DNA from: a virus
Taxonomy: Duplodnaviria > Heunggongvirae > Uroviricota > Caudoviricetes
Virus record (IMG/VR): IMGVR_UViG_2529292882_000015
Reading direction: 5' to 3' (one strand)
Length of the DNA stretch: 39,577 bases
Shown here: piece after piece, positions 25,697 through 33,524 of the stretch
How the letters are laid out: each line of letters starts with the position of its first letter
Numbering within the stretch: the first letter of the stretch is position 1
The notes under the pieces: model-generated
Seen by the model: only the letters and a program-made list of their open reading frames with translations
Database searches by the model: none
What the model was told of the DNA's origin: nothing
Position numbers and translations under genes: made by a program

Positions 25697-27172
25697 TTAA
25701 GCATAAGGGTCATAATCCGTTATGGCCCTTCCCTGCTGGCTTTGCTGTCCTGGTATATTTATGCGTTTCGAGACCGGGAAAGCAAACGTCAGCAATAGCG
25801 CATCGCCTTTCCCCGGCGAACGCCCAAGTCGATCCTTGATATCTTCCTTCGGTTCGATAACGATTTTACCGTCCACGCGAACTTTGTACTCTGCCGTCGA
25901 CAGGTCGTCCGCTGTTTCCTGGTCATCCAGCATGCCGCCGAGCCTCAGCCATGTCTTGCATGAGTTGAACATCTCCCCACGCTTGTTGAGCATCTGCGGG
26001 TCAGTAGACGCGCCACCGAACGGAACAAGTTGCCATGTACGACCCCAGCCGTCACCGATTGACTTCAGACCAGTTCCGTAACCGAAGTCGATGAACACTG
26101 CGTCAGCCTGATACTGGTCTTCAAAGTCAGCGATACGCTTCGCCATAATCAGATCGTCGGTAGTCTTGTTGCCAGTCCACAGCACCTTACTGTGTAGCCC
26201 CTGCCGCAGGTATATCACCGCGTCATCAACGCCTGAATATGCCGGGTCAACACCGATTATCACCGGAGCATGCGCCACCTGCGCAGCGGTTACCACCCGT
26301 TTCATTGCCTCATCAGTAAGACCGGTAGGGATAAACTGCAATTCAGATGCATCAGGGAATATGCCGCGCACACGGATTTTAACGAAGTCGCTGTCTTCCC
26401 CGTAGTCATCAACCCATTTCTGCAACTGCTGTTTGTTAGTGCCTTCCACCGTTCGGCTGTCAATCTGCGCAGTTTTCCAGCGGTGTTTATATTTGCGGAA
26501 ACATTCGCGAAAACGCCCGGTGTTACGTGTAGGGTTTCCGAACGCCACCCAGATAATCTCAGTGTCTTCGTCCGTTAGCGCACCCTCGGCAACTTCCCAC
26601 ACCAGATCCGCAATGTTCGACGCTTCATCAAACACCACGATGATGCGTTTGCGCTCGTTGTGTAGTCCGGCGAATGCCTCAGTGTTGTGCTCAGACCAGG
26701 GGATTGCGTCAGCTCGCCACCGCTTGTCGTGCCCAGGATCATTGCTGTACATCGCGGTAGCGGTACAGGTAAACCAGTCTTTCGTGATAGCAAGGTTCGA
26801 CCACTTGATAATTTCCGGCCAGGTCTTCGTTCGTAGCTGGTTGTCGGTGTTGGCGGTCACCACGACCTTACAATCCTCGCAAGTGGACATGCCCCAGTTG
26901 ATCAGCATTGAGATGAATGCGGATTTACCAATACCGTGACCAGAAGCGCGTGCCAGCATAAGCGGCTGATAGCGCGTCTCTGGATTCTGCAGGTGATCAC
27001 GTATCTCTCGGAACGCATCAGCCTGCCACTGACGTGGGCCGGTAGCATGTGCCAGTTCAGTCCCCTCTTCCCCCCACGGGAACGCATAGAGGGCATAGCC
27101 AAGCGGATCGTGAGTGAACCCTGCAATATCCTCGATCAACTGCTCTTCAGGAGATAACGCTGTATCTTTCAC
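25697..27172 (-). CDS. Terminase large subunit
   Basis: 491 aa with Walker A-like ARASGHGIGKS and a nuclease-type C-terminal region; GTG start overlaps the TerS stop (GTGA). Confidence 0.85.
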   Translation of the reverse strand: MKDTALSPEEQLIEDIAGFTHDPLGYALYAFPWGEEGTELAHATGPRQWQADAFREIRDHLQNPETRYQPLMLARASGHGIGKSAFISMLINWGMSTCEDCKVVVTANTDNQLRTKTWPEIIKWSNLAITKDWFTCTATAMYSNDPGHDKRWRADAIPWSEHNTEAFAGLHNERKRIIVVFDEASNIADLVWEVAEGALTDEDTEIIWVAFGNPTRNTGRFRECFRKYKHRWKTAQIDSRTVEGTNKQQLQKWVDDYGEDSDFVKIRVRGIFPDASELQFIPTGLTDEAMKRVVTAAQVAHAPVIIGVDPAYSGVDDAVIYLRQGLHSKVLWTGNKTTDDLIMAKRIADFEDQYQADAVFIDFGYGTGLKSIGDGWGRTWQLVPFGGASTDPQMLNKRGEMFNSCKTWLRLGGMLDDQETADDLSTAEYKVRVDGKIVIEPKEDIKDRLGRSPGKGDALLLTFAFPVSKRINIPGQQSQQGRAITDYDPYA

Positions 27173-27765
27173 TGATTACCATCCTGACGTTCTTTGAGTC
27201 GCTTCCTGGCTGCTGCTATGCGATCAGCAATTGTCACATTCACATTAACATCCAGACGTTCTTTGAACGCGTTGACATCAACATGCTTACCAATCAGCTC
27301 AAGGTTCTTCACCTTGTCAGGCCATTTAATTTTTTTGAGGATTGTCTCTATCGAATCCTCGTTCATGTTCATGATGGTCGATGACAGATCAAAGCCACTA
27401 AGCGTAGTGCGCCAGATTTTCGGCCACTCACGGATTGGTTTAAGGCTCCCATCGTCGTTGAGGATGTCGATCACGTCCATCTGGTCGATCTCCACCAGGC
27501 GCATGAGAACGTAATCAGCACTGACGCGCATTCGTTTGTTGCGCTCCTCCATCAACTCGGCAATCCGTTTTTGAATGCGTTCATCGCGCATCATGACACT
27601 GGCTTTAACTGCCGCTGTATTTGGGGAGAATCCTGCATTAATCGCTGCCTGAGTCTGGTTTTCAGGCGTTTTGATGTATGACTGGCAATAAGCCTCCTGC
27701 ATTGCTGTTAGTGGCTTAAATTGCGTTGATTTGCGTTTATAGGTTTTAGGTTCAGCAGGCATCAT
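27169..27765 (-). CDS. Terminase small subunit
   Basis: DNA-binding N-terminal region (LTAMQEAYCQSYIKTPENQTQAAINAGFSPNTAAVKASVMMRDERIQKRIAEL) typical of small terminases; start placed at ATG 27765 (MMPAEPK); directly upstream of TerL. Confidence 0.75.
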   Translation of the reverse strand: MMPAEPKTYKRKSTQFKPLTAMQEAYCQSYIKTPENQTQAAINAGFSPNTAAVKASVMMRDERIQKRIAELMEERNKRMRVSADYVLMRLVEIDQMDVIDILNDDGSLKPIREWPKIWRTTLSGFDLSSTIMNMNEDSIETILKKIKWPDKVKNLELIGKHVDVNAFKERLDVNVNVTIADRIAAARKRLKERQDGNQ

Positions 27766-27782
27766 AACCACCGTGGTAATAG

Positions 27783-27797
27783 TTACCGTTGTGGTAA
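27783..27797. promoter_or_regulatory. Operator-like palindrome TTACC-N5-GGTAA (site 5 of 13), overlapping direct repeats upstream of TerS
   Basis: TTACCGTTGTGGTAA; overlaps two ACTATTACCAC direct repeats (minus-strand reading) about 20 bp upstream of the TerS start. Confidence 0.5.
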
Positions 27798-27807
27798 TAG
27801 TAACATG

Positions 27808-27834
27808 CAAAATAAAGCCGCCATAGTTGGCGGC
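27808..27834 (-). terminator. Rho-independent terminator between the early-right operon and TerS
   Basis: Minus strand GCCGCCA-ACTA-TGGCGGC followed by TTTATTTTG, about 40 bp upstream of the TerS start. Confidence 0.5.
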
Positions 27835-27875
27835 AGTATTCAAAGTCCATCAAATTCATCATGCACAATCTACTC

Positions 27876-27887
27876 GTGACATGTCAC
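27876..27887. repeat. 12-bp perfect palindrome GTGACATGTCAC (copy 3 of 3)
   Basis: Exact palindrome; the TGA stop of minus-strand gene 27884-28222 lies within it in the same register as at copy 1. Confidence 0.7.
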
Positions 27888-28222
27888 ACTATTAATTTCG
27901 TTTCATGCCAGCCTTTAGTCACCCAGCATTGCGAGTCACCATTACACGGGCATGAATTAACTGGAACTCTCTCGCCGCACTTACCGCAACATTTTCTGCT
28001 GATCGATTTTATACGCCCGCGCACGCGTGCATCATCCTGCCGGATCAGTAACGCTATATACTCACCAAATTCGTAAGGCGCACGCCCGGGGCGACGCGCG
28101 GCACAGTTACGCTCAAGCATTTCAATTTCCTGAGCATCAAGCACAATCTCCAGCTTACGCACACCAGATGCAGCTTGTCTGGCTCTCTGAGCGGCTTTGC
28201 GCTCTGCTGCTGATTTAGCCAT
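27884..28222 (-). CDS. Cys-rich putative zinc-binding protein, candidate late-gene regulator
   Basis: 112 aa, basic N-terminus, C-terminal Cys cluster (CCGKCGERVPVNSCPCNGDSQC); last early-right gene before the terminator and TerS. Confidence 0.45.
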   Translation of the reverse strand: MAKSAAERKAAQRARQAASGVRKLEIVLDAQEIEMLERNCAARRPGRAPYEFGEYIALLIRQDDARVRGRIKSISRKCCGKCGERVPVNSCPCNGDSQCWVTKGWHETKLIV

Positions 28223-28496
28223 TGATATTCACCTTTATCGCGAACACCTTTACCGGTTTATCGCCGAAGTGCGGATGTGTGATTGTCTTGATTTCATATC
28301 CGTCATACGGAACATCAATTCTACGGCTGGAATCGTCGCGCTTCGGATATCCCTTTGTGATAATCAGGCGGTCATATTCCCGGAACATGATTCGCTTATT
28401 CCAGTAGTCATTACACAGGCGATACTCTTCCGTTTTCTCTCCGCGAGTCATGGCATCGAAGTATTCACCTTTAACGGCAAGTTGAAGGTTAGCCAC
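28215..28496 (-). CDS. Small protein, possible ASCH/PUA-like fold
   Basis: 93 aa; N-terminal pattern LQLAVKGEYFDAMTRGEKTEEYR resembles ASCH-type domains (by memory, unverified). Confidence 0.45.
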   Translation of the reverse strand: MANLQLAVKGEYFDAMTRGEKTEEYRLCNDYWNKRIMFREYDRLIITKGYPKRDDSSRRIDVPYDGYEIKTITHPHFGDKPVKVFAIKVNING

Positions 28497-28857
28497 GGTT
28501 AACCCCCTGCGGCGGTTCGGGTAACGCTTCCAGTGACGCTTTTACAAACCACGCGGCCTGAACTATTACGCCATGAATCCAGCGCAAATCAGCATCGCGA
28601 TCTTTCTTTTTCATCTTTTCGCCACTTAAAGCCTGGCTTATGTGGCTGCGAACCAGGTTTTCATGTAATTCCTTCGCATCCTCAATGGTGAAACCACCAG
28701 GCAGGCGAGCCGGAGTTACCGGAGAGTTGCCAGCCTTACGCATGGCCATTTCCACGATTTCAACCATATCTCCTGGTGGAATTTTACAAAGTTGCCCAAT
28801 ACATTTCTGCTGCCTGGCATATTCGAGAATGTGCTCCAGTTTGGTTCGATTAATCAT
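28489..28857 (-). CDS. Hypothetical protein (nin-like region)
   Basis: 122-aa ORF with overlapping start/stop to its neighbours. Confidence 0.45.
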   Translation of the reverse strand: MINRTKLEHILEYARQQKCIGQLCKIPPGDMVEIVEMAMRKAGNSPVTPARLPGGFTIEDAKELHENLVRSHISQALSGEKMKKKDRDADLRWIHGVIVQAAWFVKASLEALPEPPQGVNRG

Positions 28858-29360
28858 TATTTATCTCCCTTAAGCATGGCGGCGCGGCAGGCGTTCCAGC
28901 CACCTCGGAAAGTGTCATCAAAAGAGTCATCTTCCATGAACCGACGCTTGTACTCTTCGCGGGTTAGCTCATCAGGCACAGATACCGGTGCTGGCTGCCA
29001 CATTCCTGCCAACACGGTTTCAATCTGGTCAAACACAGCCTGCATGTCAGAAACATCAGTTATGACAGCGGGCGTGAAGATGTGGCGCATGGTGGCGTCA
29101 CCTATCTTGTAGAATTCCGGCGCTGGCGGTGCGGTGTAGAGCGAGCCAGGCTTGATATCATGACGACGCATACGGATATCACAGGTTCGCTCTTCGTTTG
29201 GCGAAGACCATGCGACAACATCAGCCACAGCCTCCGCTTCGAGCGATGCCAGCGCGATACGCGCCAACTCGTTCAGGATTGCCACATCAGCGTGACCGAG
29301 GGTGTAACCAGCTTTCAAATCGGCAACTGCTTGGACGGCATGTTTGTCGATGTTGCTCAT
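28857..29360 (-). CDS. Hypothetical protein (nin-like region)
   Basis: 167-aa ORF, translationally coupled. Confidence 0.45.
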   Translation of the reverse strand: MSNIDKHAVQAVADLKAGYTLGHADVAILNELARIALASLEAEAVADVVAWSSPNEERTCDIRMRRHDIKPGSLYTAPPAPEFYKIGDATMRHIFTPAVITDVSDMQAVFDQIETVLAGMWQPAPVSVPDELTREEYKRRFMEDDSFDDTFRGGWNACRAAMLKGDK

Positions 29361-29542
29361 TGGAACCTCACATGATTCTTCCAGCGATTCTGTGCTGCGC
29401 TGTTTTTGAATTGATGCCCTTCACGGCTAACACCACCGAGCGTGAAGAGAACCATGCGTCGATTGCTTACATTCAGCCATTGGCGCGGGTAGCAGTTTTT
29501 CAGAGCGCGAAGAACGATGATTTTGGCTTTACGGTTTTTCAT
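29357..29542 (-). CDS. Small basic hypothetical protein
   Basis: 61-aa ORF with ATGA overlaps on both sides. Confidence 0.35.
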   Translation of the reverse strand: MKNRKAKIIVLRALKNCYPRQWLNVSNRRMVLFTLGGVSREGHQFKNSAAQNRWKNHVRFQ

Positions 29543-29976
29543 GACTGTACTCCTTTGCGAAGCTGGGCGGCGAAGTCATTGAGCTCGTCGAATACGTATC
29601 CGCTACCCCAGCGCTCTGATGCAGCATGTTCAATAGCACTGGCCCGTACTTCAGCCAGGAAAGCATCGGTGGCAGGGGTATTTTCCATTAGTCGTTTTGA
29701 CGTTGACCAAAGCGCGGAAAGCCACTCTTTATCAAACCATTTATCCTTATGGTGAAACATTTCATCAACTGTCTGGTGGCAGCGGGATATCTCAAAAAGG
29801 CACCGCGCATTCTCCGCCGCCAGCGCATTAGCACGCGCCAGTTGCACTTCCAGTTGCGTTGCCAAATCGCTGATCAGCTTTGCCACACTACGCATATCAA
29901 CGGCACCACATTCTGCTTTCAGTTCCGAAGCCATCTCATGCCCGGCGGTAACTAACCCTTTGATATTACTTTCCAT
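29539..29976 (-). CDS. Hypothetical protein (nin-like region)
   Basis: 145-aa helical ORF. Confidence 0.45.
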   Translation of the reverse strand: MESNIKGLVTAGHEMASELKAECGAVDMRSVAKLISDLATQLEVQLARANALAAENARCLFEISRCHQTVDEMFHHKDKWFDKEWLSALWSTSKRLMENTPATDAFLAEVRASAIEHAASERWGSGYVFDELNDFAAQLRKGVQS

Positions 29977-30037
29977 CTTTACCCTCGCTTATCCACATAA
30001 CTTATTGATTACATTGATAACTAAAAAGATCGTCGAT

Positions 30038-30382
30038 TCAGAACTCTTCGATTTTCCAGCCACCACCTGCTTTCTTTGGCTTAACAGTTACCCCGATGAT
30101 TCGGAACGGATATTGATCTGCGGCGACTTTGGTTTTCACCCTGGCGTCGTCGGTCCAGAAACCTTTCACTTCGTGCAGTTCCATCTCTCCGGTGGCGAGC
30201 ATCACAGCGAAATCTGGCGTATAGAACGTGTTATCAGCTAACCGCAGCTTGATACCCTCGAATCGATACCAGGCGATTTCCCCTGCACGTTTACGCAGCT
30301 CAAGGTGCTGGCAATACGCAGATTCTGTTTTGTTCATCTGGCCTGTTTTGAGTCGACCAAGAGCCTGTATCTGTTTTCTCAT
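30038..30382 (-). CDS. Putative PD-(D/E)XK nuclease-fold protein
   Basis: 114 aa with a D...E-x-K arrangement (YTPDFAVML ... GEMELHEVKG) consistent with a restriction-endonuclease-like fold. Confidence 0.45.
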   Translation of the reverse strand: MRKQIQALGRLKTGQMNKTESAYCQHLELRKRAGEIAWYRFEGIKLRLADNTFYTPDFAVMLATGEMELHEVKGFWTDDARVKTKVAADQYPFRIIGVTVKPKKAGGGWKIEEF

Positions 30383-30385
30383 GAT

Positions 30386-30400
30386 TTACCCCTGAGGTAA
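30386..30400. promoter_or_regulatory. Operator-like palindrome TTACC-N5-GGTAA (site 6 of 13)
   Basis: TTACCCCTGAGGTAA, immediately upstream of and overlapping the RBS region of the 30382 gene. Confidence 0.5.
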
Positions 30401-30447
30401 TTAAAAACCACATAAGACACGAAATCAATAGATTTTAGAATATTTTA

Positions 30448-30462
30448 TTACCCAACAGGTAA
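30448..30462. promoter_or_regulatory. Operator-like palindrome TTACC-N5-GGTAA (site 7 of 13)
   Basis: TTACCCAACAGGTAA, in the intergenic region after the P-like gene. Confidence 0.5.
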
Positions 30463-30499
30463 TTATCAAGACGTAAAAAAATGCGCTATCGCGCTGGTA

Positions 30500-31285
30500 T
30501 TACTTGATAAATCCTGCTGCCTTTCCTCGCCTGTATTCCTCCATCAGCCACTGCGCCGGCGTTATTCCCCCCAGGGTGGCGGCGTTAGGCATGCACCCGA
30601 AACTTCGCCCTGGTGGATGGTAAACGTCTCTCCCTGTGTCCGGAGGCGTACTCATTGGTTCTGGCTTTGCCTGTATGCTGATCACCGGATCGGGTATCTG
30701 CTGTCCGGAAGCCACCTTTTTCGCCCAATCATCGAGCAGCCTGCGCGCGTGTTTCTCAACCTCAATCTCGCTAAGCTGGCGCTGATACATTGCACGGCGG
30801 GTATCACATACGACCCAGTACATAACCGGATGTCGCCACGGGAATCTTTCGGGACCACCAGGATATAAACTTTTTTCCTTGCTGTACCGGTGAAACTCCG
30901 CCATCACATCGTCAATGGTGACGCCAAGAACCATCTTGCTGTCTTTACACCACTTGATGAATTGCCCTGGCGACGGCCAGAACGGAGATTCACTGGCGCG
31001 GGCGTGGCGCATACCAGCAGAAACCTGTTCACGGGTTCGGATCCCCCCTTCGGCAAACGCAGCAATCCACTGCTGTTTTGCAGCAACTTCCTGCTCTGGC
31101 GTCTTCAGGTTGGTTACCACTGCCGCCGGAAACAGTTGTTTCAGCTGTTTGAAAAGGGCATCAACAAGCCTCTCTGCTGACATGTTCACCACGTTGTCAT
31201 TGTTGGTGTACTGATGCTCATAACCTGACATGCGAGAAAGGGCTTCTCCGTCACGGTTTTGTATCGCGGTAAAAACGTTGTTCAC
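30500..31285 (-). CDS. Replication protein P-like (helicase loader)
   Basis: Clear similarity to lambda P by memory (WIAAFAEGGIRTREQVSAGMRHARASESPFWPSPGQFIKWC vs lambda WVLAFRENGITTMEQVNAGMRVARRQNRPFLPSPGQFVAWC). Start placed at GTG 31285 (RBS GGAGG, overlaps the O-like stop); the in-frame ATG at 31300 is the alternative. Confidence 0.8.
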   Translation of the reverse strand: MNNVFTAIQNRDGEALSRMSGYEHQYTNNDNVVNMSAERLVDALFKQLKQLFPAAVVTNLKTPEQEVAAKQQWIAAFAEGGIRTREQVSAGMRHARASESPFWPSPGQFIKWCKDSKMVLGVTIDDVMAEFHRYSKEKSLYPGGPERFPWRHPVMYWVVCDTRRAMYQRQLSEIEVEKHARRLLDDWAKKVASGQQIPDPVISIQAKPEPMSTPPDTGRDVYHPPGRSFGCMPNAATLGGITPAQWLMEEYRRGKAAGFIK

Positions 31286-32097
31286 AAGAAATCCTCCCAT
31301 GCTTCAGGGCTGTTCCAGTGCGGAACGTTGTTATCAGGTAATGTTGATTGCTTCTGTCTGCTAATCTGCAGCCGCCTTGCCAGCTTCTGCTCCCACTGTG
31401 CCTGATGGTATGCCTTACCCTCAGCCATCCAGTAAATTCTGAACTCTGCAAGTTCCTGTGCCGTTGGCAGACTGTCCAGGTAGATCCCCTGCAATGAGCT
31501 TTTCCGAAGAAAGTCATCTGATGGTTGCCATTGTTCATGCATGACAAATTTGCCTAATTGCCCTGGCCCACCAGGAGGAACAAAGTTATTCATCACGGCG
31601 TTGTTTGCGCCGGGGTCATTAGGCACAGAATCCCCGCTTTTTGTCCTGCTCTCCCTCTCTTGGTTAAATGACTGGTTATATGACTGGTTCTGGATCCCGT
31701 TTTTGGGATCATTCAACATCCCGTTTTTGGGATCATTCAACATCCCGTTTTTGGGTATATTCCCGTTTTTGGGAACATTACCGTTTTCGGGTTCATTACA
31801 CCCATCTAGGTTGCCTTTAATGTTCCCTTTTTTGGTTATATTAAGAGAGAAAACCCGCACTCTTTTCGTCGCTCCCTTTCTCTCTCCGGTATCTGAAATA
31901 AGCCCCATTTTCATGAGCGATATAAGCCCGGCCTGTACGGTTTTTTTATTCAGGCAAGTGTCTTTAACGAGGCGTTCTATGCTGGGGTAGCAGAGGTTAT
32001 ATTCATCGGCTCTGTCAGCCATCGAGAGCAGTATGAGCTTTAATGACGAGCTACCTGGATCTGTCTCCCAGGCCCAATCTGTTGCATGTCTGCTCAT
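31282..32097 (-). CDS. Replication initiator, lambda O-like, with internal origin iterons
   Basis: N-terminal DNA-binding-like domain; central repeat peptide (NVPKNGNIPKNGMLNDPKNGMLNDPKNG) encoded by the iteron array; directly upstream of the P-like gene; RBS GGAG. Confidence 0.7.
   Translation of the reverse strand: MSRHATDWAWETDPGSSSLKLILLSMADRADEYNLCYPSIERLVKDTCLNKKTVQAGLISLMKMGLISDTGERKGATKRVRVFSLNITKKGNIKGNLDGCNEPENGNVPKNGNIPKNGMLNDPKNGMLNDPKNGIQNQSYNQSFNQERESRTKSGDSVPNDPGANNAVMNNFVPPGGPGQLGKFVMHEQWQPSDDFLRKSSLQGIYLDSLPTAQELAEFRIYWMAEGKAYHQAQWEQKLARRLQISRQKQSTLPDNNVPHWNSPEAWEDFL
31694..31797. repeat. Putative replication origin: five iterons (core CCCGTTTTTGGG) inside the O-like gene
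   Basis: Two exact 24-bp tandem repeats ATCCCGTTTTTGGGATCATTCAAC followed by three degenerate copies. Confidence 0.6.
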
Positions 32098-32112
32098 GAT
32101 TAATCTCCGCTA

Positions 32113-32313
32113 TCAGCTTGAATGTTGTGGGGAGGAATTAATCATGATCTGCTTAATCTCTGCCCTGATGCGACGGTTTGATTCCATGGTGCACTCAACA
32201 CAGTGTCCGTTGTAAACCCAGCGTTCACTGTCATGTCCGTGCTTACATGGTTTTCCGGTGTAGTAGCGTTTAAGTCCGCGCTTTGCGGCATCAATACGTG
32301 TAATGATTTCCAT
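32113..32313 (-). CDS. Small Cys/His-containing protein (possible zinc ribbon), early-right operon
   Basis: 67 aa from ATG 32313 (MEIITRIDAAKRGLKRYYTGKPCKHGHDSERWVYNGHCVECT), RBS AGGG; occupies the position of cII-type genes, but no similarity is claimed. Confidence 0.4.
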   Translation of the reverse strand: MEIITRIDAAKRGLKRYYTGKPCKHGHDSERWVYNGHCVECTMESNRRIRAEIKQIMINSSPQHSS

Positions 32314-32393
32314 GGTAAGCCCTGTTATTAGTATTGGGATTACGGTTATTTTGTGCTGACACAAAAAAAAGATCAACCAGATTTGGTTTTTTA

Positions 32394-32408
32394 TTACCTT
32401 TAAGGTGC
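32394..32408. promoter_or_regulatory. Operator-like palindrome, imperfect (site 8 of 13)
   Basis: TTACCTTTAAGGTGC, between the cro-like terminator and the next gene. Confidence 0.4.
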
Positions 32409-32415
32409 GAATAGA

Positions 32416-32441
32416 TATGAAAAGACCGCCGGATGGCGGTC
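32416..32441 (-). terminator. Rho-independent terminator after the cro-like gene (tR1-like)
   Basis: Minus strand GACCGCC-ATCC-GGCGGTC followed by TTTTCATAT. Confidence 0.5.
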
Positions 32442-32463
32442 TACAGAGGTTTGTGGCTGGATA

Positions 32464-32694
32464 TCATGAGTAGAAGAAGTATGCCAGTTCTGCTTTTGAG
32501 CGCAGCCATTGTCTTGTTTTACAGGCTTTAAAAAGCCCATTCATCAATACTTTACCTGGCATTTTGCGCTTACCTGTTAAGTGAGTCTGGATATAGTGAC
32601 TCGTCGTTCCGGCTTCCTGTGCGAAGGCTTCACGCTCATCCGGAGTAAGTGCAAGCCAGTGCTTTTTGAAATCGAAATGTCCGTTATCGCTCAT
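32464..32694 (-). CDS. Cro-like early regulator (putative DNA-binding)
   Basis: 76-aa protein transcribed divergently from the repressor gene across the operator cluster; a TTGTTA-N17-TATTAT promoter overlaps operator site 9. Confidence 0.5.
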   Translation of the reverse strand: MSDNGHFDFKKHWLALTPDEREAFAQEAGTTSHYIQTHLTGKRKMPGKVLMNGLFKACKTRQWLRSKAELAYFFYS

Positions 32695-32730
32695 AGCTAT
32701 TGCCTGATATTTATTTCAGATAATAAATAT

Positions 32731-32745
32731 TCACCCATAAGGTAA
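32731..32745. promoter_or_regulatory. OR-type operator site (site 9 of 13)
   Basis: TCACCCATAAGGTAA; overlaps the spacer of the minus-strand TTGTTA-N17-TATTAT promoter for the cro-like gene. Confidence 0.55.
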
Positions 32746-32761
32746 CAAAAATCAAGGATAG

Positions 32762-32776
32762 TTACCTATGGGGTGC
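32762..32776. promoter_or_regulatory. OR-type operator site (site 10 of 13)
   Basis: TTACCTATGGGGTGC. Confidence 0.55.
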
Positions 32777-32778
32777 AT

Positions 32779-32793
32779 TTACCTGTTGGGTAA
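32779..32793. promoter_or_regulatory. OR-type operator site (site 11 of 13)
   Basis: TTACCTGTTGGGTAA; the three OR sites have centre-to-centre spacings of 31 and 17 bp. Confidence 0.55.
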
Positions 32794-32848
32794 TATTGCT
32801 TTAAATTGAATCATCTACTGATTCATATATGAGGCGATTTTCCAGAAA

Positions 32849-33433
32849 ATGAAAAGTATCCAGGACGTCCGCAGGCAAAATCTCAACGACTTGATCGACC
32901 GTGAATTCAATGGTGTTCAGACGCGGATGGCAGAAAAACTTGGAACTCAGGCAAATCTGGTAAACCGCTGGGCTCTTGGCAAGAAGGTTATCGGCGACCA
33001 GGTTGCGCGAAAAATTGAAGCTGCCGCCAATAAACCCCGTAACTGGCTTGATATCGATCGCTCGCTTTCTCAGGAAGGTTTTCAGCCTGTCGGACCGAGC
33101 GACATTGGTCAGCTGGCGGCTCACAACCTGGAACGCTGGATGAGCGAAAGCCGCGACCTTTCAACGCAGGGAAAACTTCACCGCGCATCCGGCGTCGCCC
33201 AGGTGACAATCAGCCGCCTGTTAAACAATGAGGTCAGCGTTTCCATTTCCACCCTGGAGAATGTTGCATCCGCATTCGGGCGTCACGGCTATGAATTACT
33301 GATTCACCCGCACGACCCTGCGACTATCAACTATGACCGCTCGCGCTACGCTTTGTTACCCGAAACCGAGAAAGCAAAGATCGAAAGTTACATTGAATTT
33401 GTCATCAACCAGAACGAAAAAAACAAACAATAA
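32849..33433 (+). CDS. Prophage repressor candidate with two Xre-type HTH domains and no peptidase domain
   Basis: Two HTH-like segments (QTRMAEKLGTQANLVNRWALGKK and LHRASGVAQVTISRLLNNEVSVSISTLENVASAFG); divergent from the cro-like gene across three operators; followed by a terminator and the pL-like promoter; no S24/LexA-like C-terminal domain. Confidence 0.6.
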   Translation: MKSIQDVRRQNLNDLIDREFNGVQTRMAEKLGTQANLVNRWALGKKVIGDQVARKIEAAANKPRNWLDIDRSLSQEGFQPVGPSDIGQLAAHNLERWMSESRDLSTQGKLHRASGVAQVTISRLLNNEVSVSISTLENVASAFGRHGYELLIHPHDPATINYDRSRYALLPETEKAKIESYIEFVINQNEKNKQ

Positions 33434-33454
33434 AATCATATTTTTCAGTAAGTA

Positions 33455-33478
33455 AGCCGCCTTCTGGCGGCTTTTTTA
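33455..33478 (+). terminator. Rho-independent terminator after the repressor gene
   Basis: GCCGCC-TTCT-GGCGGC followed by TTTTTT. Confidence 0.6.
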
Positions 33479-33490
33479 TTGCCTATTAGA

Positions 33491-33505
33491 TTACCTAACG
33501 GGTAA
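33491..33505. promoter_or_regulatory. OL-type operator site (site 12 of 13)
   Basis: TTACCTAACGGGTAA, upstream of the pL-like -35. Confidence 0.55.
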
Positions 33506-33524
33506 TTTTTTTAACTCATATCTA

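Noticed and set aside
32801-33209. Minus-strand ORFs (32801-33124, 32988-33209) overlapping the repressor gene
   Set aside because: Antisense to the HTH-encoding repressor ORF, and they would run through the operator region; no RBS.
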